Source: Phoronis australis (lineage: Eukaryota; Animalia; Phoronida). From it: DNA of 64,000 nucleotides. Made by a program: the position numbers and the translations under genes. Of the stretch, positions 58,018 to 64,000 are shown piece after piece. The stretch is from contig NMRA01000507.1 in assembly GCA_002633005.1 (NCBI GenBank), positions 1 through 64,000 of the forward strand, in the 5' to 3' direction. Positions within the stretch are counted from its first letter, which is position 1. Each line of letters begins with the position of its first letter. The notes below the pieces were generated by a model. It was not told where the DNA came from. It did not search any database and was given only the letters and a program-made list of their open reading frames with translations.

Positions 58018-58245
58018 GGGGCAGTTCCAAAAAATGACTGAGCTAAGACATATCTTAGATTTCAGTCAATTTTAAGATAAAACTTAAATTTGTATCAAGT
58101 CCGTTTCAAGAAAGAGAATAAGTTTTTGACTCAAGTTTTGTCTTAGTTTTTACTAGGTATGTGGAAGTTTCAAAGTTTGGAAGATGAGAAAAATTTTAGA
58201 CTTAAGTAAAAAATGAACTTACGCCAGTTTCTTGGAACGGGCCCC
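58018..58245. mobile_element. Small MITE
   Basis: Imperfect TIRs ggggcagttccaaaaaatgac / cagtttcttggaacgggcccc. Confidence 0.5.
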
Positions 58246-59599
58246 AGTACACAGAAAAGTCGACACTACTCGAACCAATTAATAGTTGCAGCATTCACCA
58301 AAATTCACAATACCAAAGCTATAAGCCGGGTGCCCTAAGACTAACCGCACTAATTGATACTGAACATAAACATGATAATAACAACAGACACTTTGCCTTT
58401 TCACACTTGCCATGGCACCAGCGGGGAATTTATCATCTTCCACACACTATCTATCGACTATTGTCAGCACGAGTGGAATTTCTTCTACTTAAGTAAAAGG
58501 GTGTCAATTGTGTATTTCGAATGCACGGCTTGGTACAATGCAGATATTACAACAGAAGCGTGAAGATTTACAAGACCACGCTATCTTCAAACTATCACGA
58601 AGATTCAGAATTGCTCTTCAGCGGAAGCTTCGTGGGACGTTATCAAGGAGTCTCGCAGGAATTTTTTGCAAAAGCCAACTATTTCCATTTTACTCCCCAT
58701 TACGAAGTCTTTGTGGTAAAATATTTTTATGTTCCACGTTCCATCCATCTAAGTGACACAGTCACAATAATATGCTCTGATACATTACCAGATATTCTAG
58801 GCCTATCTAAAATTTCAAAAAGTTTTCTATCTCAAGGAGAGGGCTATAGCCCCCGCCCACTCATTTCAGTGCTGTGCCAGGCTATAGCCCCCGCCCACTC
58901 AGTTCAGTGCTGTGCCACCCAAACGTCTTTTTCTAAACTATTTGTTGTACGAACTCAAGAACTGTCGATTTCCACTACAACTACTTGGTGAGCCAACTTG
59001 GGACGAGGCGTTCTCACCACCTGCTGACCGGCGGTAGCTGCTTCTTGTCATCCTCAGTCACGGGACGCGTGCCTGTCATCCGTCACACAAATTAAATGAT
59101 TTAAGTCTCATGCAGTTCATAAAAACCGATTTGGTTTAAACAGATTCTCTAATAAAACATATTATTAAAAGCGTAGAAATAGTTTACCTCAAAGCGCGTT
59201 CACTATTGTTCAAATCGGAGATAACGCTCGAGGCACACAGCTCAACCCGGCTCCCGTCTCAACTCAACTCCATCTAGATGGGTCACGTTAAGAAGTGTGC
59301 GGTGGGTTTGTATTTTACCATTTTAGATTTATTTGGAATTGCTTGGAATAGATACAACATTTTTAACACGTCTATTTTTAATTGACTGGCGAAACGGATT
59401 TAGCCCTTTTCGCTTCCTTCCATTATCCTGTTTTGTATGAACATATTTCAGTCCGGTCAATAACCTAACTTTTTAAAGCTCATATTTAAGTTGACAAAAG
59501 TAGACATTTAAAGTTGAATTTTATCCCTCTTCAGCTGTCATTGTTGAATTCATAACTGAAGCGTTGGCTCTGGGGTTACCTCAGTCATTGACAGTTTTA

Positions 59600-59647
59600 T
59601 TCGTGACTGTATAAGCGTGTTTTTAAACACGCTTATACAGTCACGAA
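59600..59647. repeat. Perfect 23-bp inverted repeat with a 2-nt loop
   Basis: ttcgtgactgtataagcgtgttt tt aaacacgcttatacagtcacgaa. Confidence 0.95.
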
Positions 59648-61263
59648 AAAGCAGTGAAGGGGGTAGGGTGTCATTGCTTCTTAAAAGCTTCGGGTAAAAT
59701 TAAGAAAAATTCGTGAAAAAGACTAAAGAAACGGACAGTGTCGTCGCGTTCAATGGAAAACGACGCATGAGGAGGGGAAAGAGGCAGGGGTGGAGGGGAA
59801 GTGGTGGCGACGAAAGATCCTGCGTCCTCTCCGAACAGCACTAGTCCAGATACGCCTACTCGTGATTGGCAACGACGTAACGCCATCAAATGTCTGGTGA
59901 AGTGACCACCAAAAGCGACAGTAAAGACTCGATATTTTACAGATTGAGACCATCCAAAAGCATTCCGTAGTTGCGATTGATATGTTTATCAATTAAAAAT
60001 TGAACATGATTCAAACTTTGAGTGTGGATGTCAAATTCAAGTGTAGTGGATGTTAAAAATTTGACGCTGGTAGTCAACCACATCAAAGACATCTATTGAA
60101 AACGCTGGAGCTTATCAGGACGTTCCTAACAATTAACGTTGGCGCTTTTCATTTCCACGGTGATTTTCCTCTATTCTCACTACGAAAACCACGACACCAA
60201 AACACGTAGACACCTAGTAAAGTGGCATTAAACCCGCGTTCTGTCCATGGTTTGACTTCCTGCTCCACTCATAAGTTGACCCTTTTAGACAGAAGAAATA
60301 ACCAAAACCCTGAGGACTCCACAACTCAAAACTCAAATTTCTTGGTAATTTTCAAGATATTTTTTGTGATTGGAATTGAAACAAGAAATCCAATATCGTT
60401 TTTATCATTCAGTTTTATGGGTATTCATTCGCCCAAATTGAGCAATTAAGAGTGCTTCTACTTTTGGGACACACTCTAATATGCTTCCATCACCTCATCT
60501 TAAAAGTAGACTGTCCTGTACACCACTTGTGTAATGTGCTCAGATCACCTTTGCATGGACAAAACCATTAAGGGTAAGAATATGTTTGCAATCCCCCAGG
60601 TCACTTTCATTAAGATGCTGCAATATGTTGTTGATGAAGACATTGCTCAGTGCAAACTGGTCAGCCAGGACAAGCCACCTTTTTGAAATTAAATAAAACC
60701 ACAGCCATTGACAATGACCTTTATTCGGTACAGTGGGGGTTTCGACACTCACTATCAATGCAGGTCAGTATTTAACAATAACATACACCAACACTCCATG
60801 AGTGTAGATGTTAGTTGAAAACCGCAGGACTGTTAAAATGTCAAGTCCCAATTATAAATCATGACCTACATATCTTCTCAGCCCAATGAGCTTCACGACT
60901 GCATTAATACTGGACAGTGTAGACTCCCTCATGAAGCATGGACCCATGAGGCTTTCTCTACCCCAGGAGGAACATCTCCAAAGCTGGCACAGATTGAGAG
61001 ACGGGAACATTGTCTAAATCCATCAGGGATACTGTCATTATTTGATGCAGGTTCCAATGAGGGGTTCCATAAAGCACGCAGACTCCCTCTGTTGGTAATA
61101 GGGAGTACCAAACCCCTGTAGTTATTGTGAAGACATCAGCCTTTTAATTGTTTCCAATCACAAAGCACAGTACACCCTCTAGAGGCAGAGGGTGAGGCAA
61201 ACTTCAGCTGGCGTCATGACCAAATTACTCATAGACTACACCTTGGCCAAGCTTCACCCATCG

Positions 61264-61296
61264 TCATTGTCCAACCATGGAAGCCAAAATCTCATA
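61264..61296 (-). CDS. TAF7: TAF7 last coding exon (YEILASMVGQ*)
   Basis: tctctttcag| acceptor, phase 0, stop TGA; length fits the TAF7 C-terminal tail. Confidence 0.65.
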   Translation of the reverse strand, partial: YEILASMVGQ

Positions 61297-61977
61297 CTGA
61301 AAGAGAGGCAAATGATGGAACCAATTTTGCTTTGTTTGGCCTAACTTCGGTACATCATGTGTGAGAAATGACTCATCAAATTCATATGAAACTCTCACGT
61401 ACTATGCTTGGTGCACTGCTCTACAAAATGCTGTAAGAAATTAATTGTTTTTAAAATGTTCCACTTTCGTTTGAGAGATAACAAAAAGATTTATCATTTT
61501 TCTGAAAACCCCAGAATTTGTATAAGACAAAAAGCAAACAATGAAGTAGAAAATTGAAACGGCATTTTCAAGATTTAATATTGAAAATAATGAAATTCTA
61601 CATACTTTTCTACTTTCAGAAAACACATACTTTTGCTTAGTTAAAAAATCTAAAGCTTTGTACCTATTTGGTTAAACACACGATCTTATAGATAAGGTCA
61701 CATATTGAACCTTAATTACAATGCATTTCCATAATCAAACTTCAAAATCACCGGAATTACTTGACCCATACTGAAGAGACTCAACTCCTACTCAAACTAG
61801 CGAGTTCGCTTCGCAACATCCGTAATAGATGATGAAAGTTCCAAATGGATAGATTTTTATAGTCAATAAAGCAATGTAAAAGGTATTTTTCATTGACAAA
61901 AATATCCGCTGAGACAACAAATCAAGCGCTTAGGCTCCTGTTGATGCAAAATAATGTTTATTACAGAATAATCTCAC

Positions 61978-62037
61978 CTCCTTTTGTTTAGTAGCTTCTT
62001 CCTGAAGAATGCCTTCCAGTATATTTTGAAATCTTTG
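61978..62037 (-). CDS. TAF7: TAF7 penultimate exon (QRFQNILEGILQEEATKQKE)
   Basis: Joined to the upstream exon it gives VDNQALKQRFQ, matching the TAF7 VENLALKNRFQ coiled-coil motif. Confidence 0.85.
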
Positions 62038-62425
62038 CTGCAGAAAAACAAGACAATACATCATTGAAGTAGGGGATAACAAGACAATTAGAATAAATGA
62101 TGGCAGGTTATCAATCATGCTCTTGTAAAAAAAATCAAAAACGAAGCCTTAGGGCACATATTCAATATATTTCACCTTCTCCACTGCTCAACCACAAACC
62201 AAAATTAGTTTTTGGCACATTTCCTATTAAGAAAGATTGCTTCAGACATAAATGGCCAGTCTCTATACTTGCTTCATCCATGTTGTTCAAAGTCTTAAAG
62301 CCACTCTACCATAAACCTGGCTTCTGCTTAAGAAATTAAACTTTTGACTCAGATCACTGCAAATCTCGTTTCACCCTGTTCTTAACTCAGATGAGAGGTG
62401 ATTCCCAGGCTTAGACAAAACTGAC

Positions 62426-62715
62426 AGTCTGTTACTGTGAAGAGTCCATGCTCAGCGCATACAGTCCGTTACTGTGAAGAGTCCATGCTTAGCACATACG
62501 ATCCGTTACTGTCACAGCCCATGCTCAGCGGATAGAGTTCGTTACTGTCAGAGTACGTGCTTAGCACATACGATCCGTTACTGTCACAGCCCATGCTCAG
62601 CGGATACAGTTCGTTACTGTCAGAGCTCACACTCACCACATAAATATCCATTACTCTCAAAGCCTACACTTAGCCCATACAGTTTGTTACCGTCTGAGCC
62701 CATGCTCAGCGCATA
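62426..62715. repeat. 37-bp minisatellite in a TAF7 intron
   Basis: cagtctgttactgtgaagagtccatgctcagcgcata and variants, about 8 units. Confidence 0.9.
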
Positions 62716-63218
62716 GCATAACCCACCATGCTAAACCAACTTTCTAAGTCTGGCATCAAGCAATAACAAATCGCCAGATCTTCCTAAGCCCAGAAATCTT
62801 GTCGTGTCTGAGTAACCAACAAAGTGAGAACAGTTTTGAATAATTGGTCTAAATCAAACGTTATTTTCTTTTACAAATGGCAGGCTTATAGCACCTTCAA
62901 GTTCTCTCTATAGTCTCCAGGTGGGGCTAACAAATAAAGGTCTCTCATTTAAACATCTGACTATCTCAGTACACTGACAGCAGAGACCAGCTCATCAGCA
63001 CGCGGGCATTAATATGATGCAAAAGCCTTGTAAATTTACCTGAATAAAGGCATTTCTACAGGAAGGTCCCTTGCTTCACCTGCGCCACCTAGTGAATTTC
63101 CAGTCACTCACTACTAGTATTTTTTCAAGCTCGACATCAACGAGCTAAATTCGTCGCAATATAAGAAAAACTTGTCGCAGCAAGTTAAAGAAGGTTATGG
63201 AAAACAGCGGTAACACAC

Positions 63219-63328
63219 CTTTAAAGCTTGATTGTCCACCGCCTCAATCTCTGCCTCTTGGGCTTGTTTCCTGGCCCTGAGTTCCTCCAACTGACCTTCC
63301 AGCTCCGACAGTTTGGTCTGGAAATCGG
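63219..63328 (-). CDS. TAF7: TFIID subunit 7 internal exon (DFQTKLSELEGQLEELRARKQAQEAEIEAVDNQALK); gene continues past the right edge
   Basis: tttcag| and |gtgtgt boundaries; similar to the TAF7 C-terminal coiled coil. Confidence 0.85.
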
Positions 63329-63671
63329 CTGAAACAAATAGGAAATTTACTACAGCATTAAATAGGATGACTTTGTGATTTATGGATATAGTGATCAAAG
63401 GTGCATCTAATACTACTGGTCACTAACAAGACATTTGAAGTGAGAAATTTTAGCATATTCAGTGCTCATACACCATTTTCTCACATAACTCAAGATTTCA
63501 CCATTGCCATCCAACCAGGTTCAGTCCTAGCCACTTTCCTGGAGTGTGCTAGTAAGATTGTGAAACTTTAGCAAGACCGGCAAACTTGACCACACTTGCT
63601 TCATCGAATATCCCCACCTAATTTGTGCATTATTTTGTTGCAACTTAGGTAGTACTCAGTGGTCAAAAGGN

Positions 63672-64000
63672 CAGTCTGTTACTGTGAAGAGTCCATGCTC
63701 AGCGCATACAGTCTGTTACTGTGAAGAGTCCATGCTCAGCACATACAGTCTGTTACTGTGAAGAGTCCATGCTCAGCGCATACAGTCTGTTACTGTGAAG
63801 AGTCCATGCTCAGCACATACAGTCCGTTACTGTCAGAGTACGTGCTTAGCACATACGATCCGTTACTGTCACAGCCCATGCTCAGCGGATACAGTTCGTT
63901 ACTGTCAGAGCTCACACTCACCACATAAATGTCCATTACTCTCAGAGCCCACACTTAGCCCATACAGTTTGTTACCGTCTGAGCCCATGCTCAGTGCATA
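63672..64000. repeat. Second copy of the 37-bp minisatellite block, after a single-n join
   Basis: Shares the variant tail of 62426-62715 but with different unit counts. Confidence 0.9.

Noticed and set aside
58508-58991. 156-aa ORF upstream of the unassigned gene
   Set aside because: No recognisable domain or splice structure, and it includes a short local duplication (gctatagcccccgcccactca twice); likely non-coding.

Overview
Eukaryotic, AT-rich, intron-rich genomic DNA. It looks like a marine invertebrate draft assembly (two N gaps, two single-n joins); the species cannot be determined from this window. The main feature is DNA polymerase alpha catalytic subunit POLA1 on the + strand (6067-51787). 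I reconstructed 34 phase-consistent coding exons (4356 nt, about 1450 aa). One further expected exon is missing, probably lost in the 21882-22164 gap, and one intron is GC-AG. The - strand carries the 3' end of TAF7 (61264-63328), the 5' end of an unidentified gene (1-84), and an intact, phase-consistent 7-exon gene for a 328-aa coiled-coil protein that I cannot assign (54355-57842). The ORF track shows only fragments of that gene. Introns and intergenic DNA hold three TTAA-flanked Kolobok-like elements (two retaining convergent THAP and KolX/P2X7-ballast-like gene stubs), hAT and TA-target MITEs, a Helentron-associated-like (HINE/Pearl-type) repeat with a CTCF-consensus motif every ~150 bp, a probable decayed DIRS-like element and several minisatellites. 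No rRNA, tRNA or CRISPR array is visible. Most ORF-track entries are spurious.
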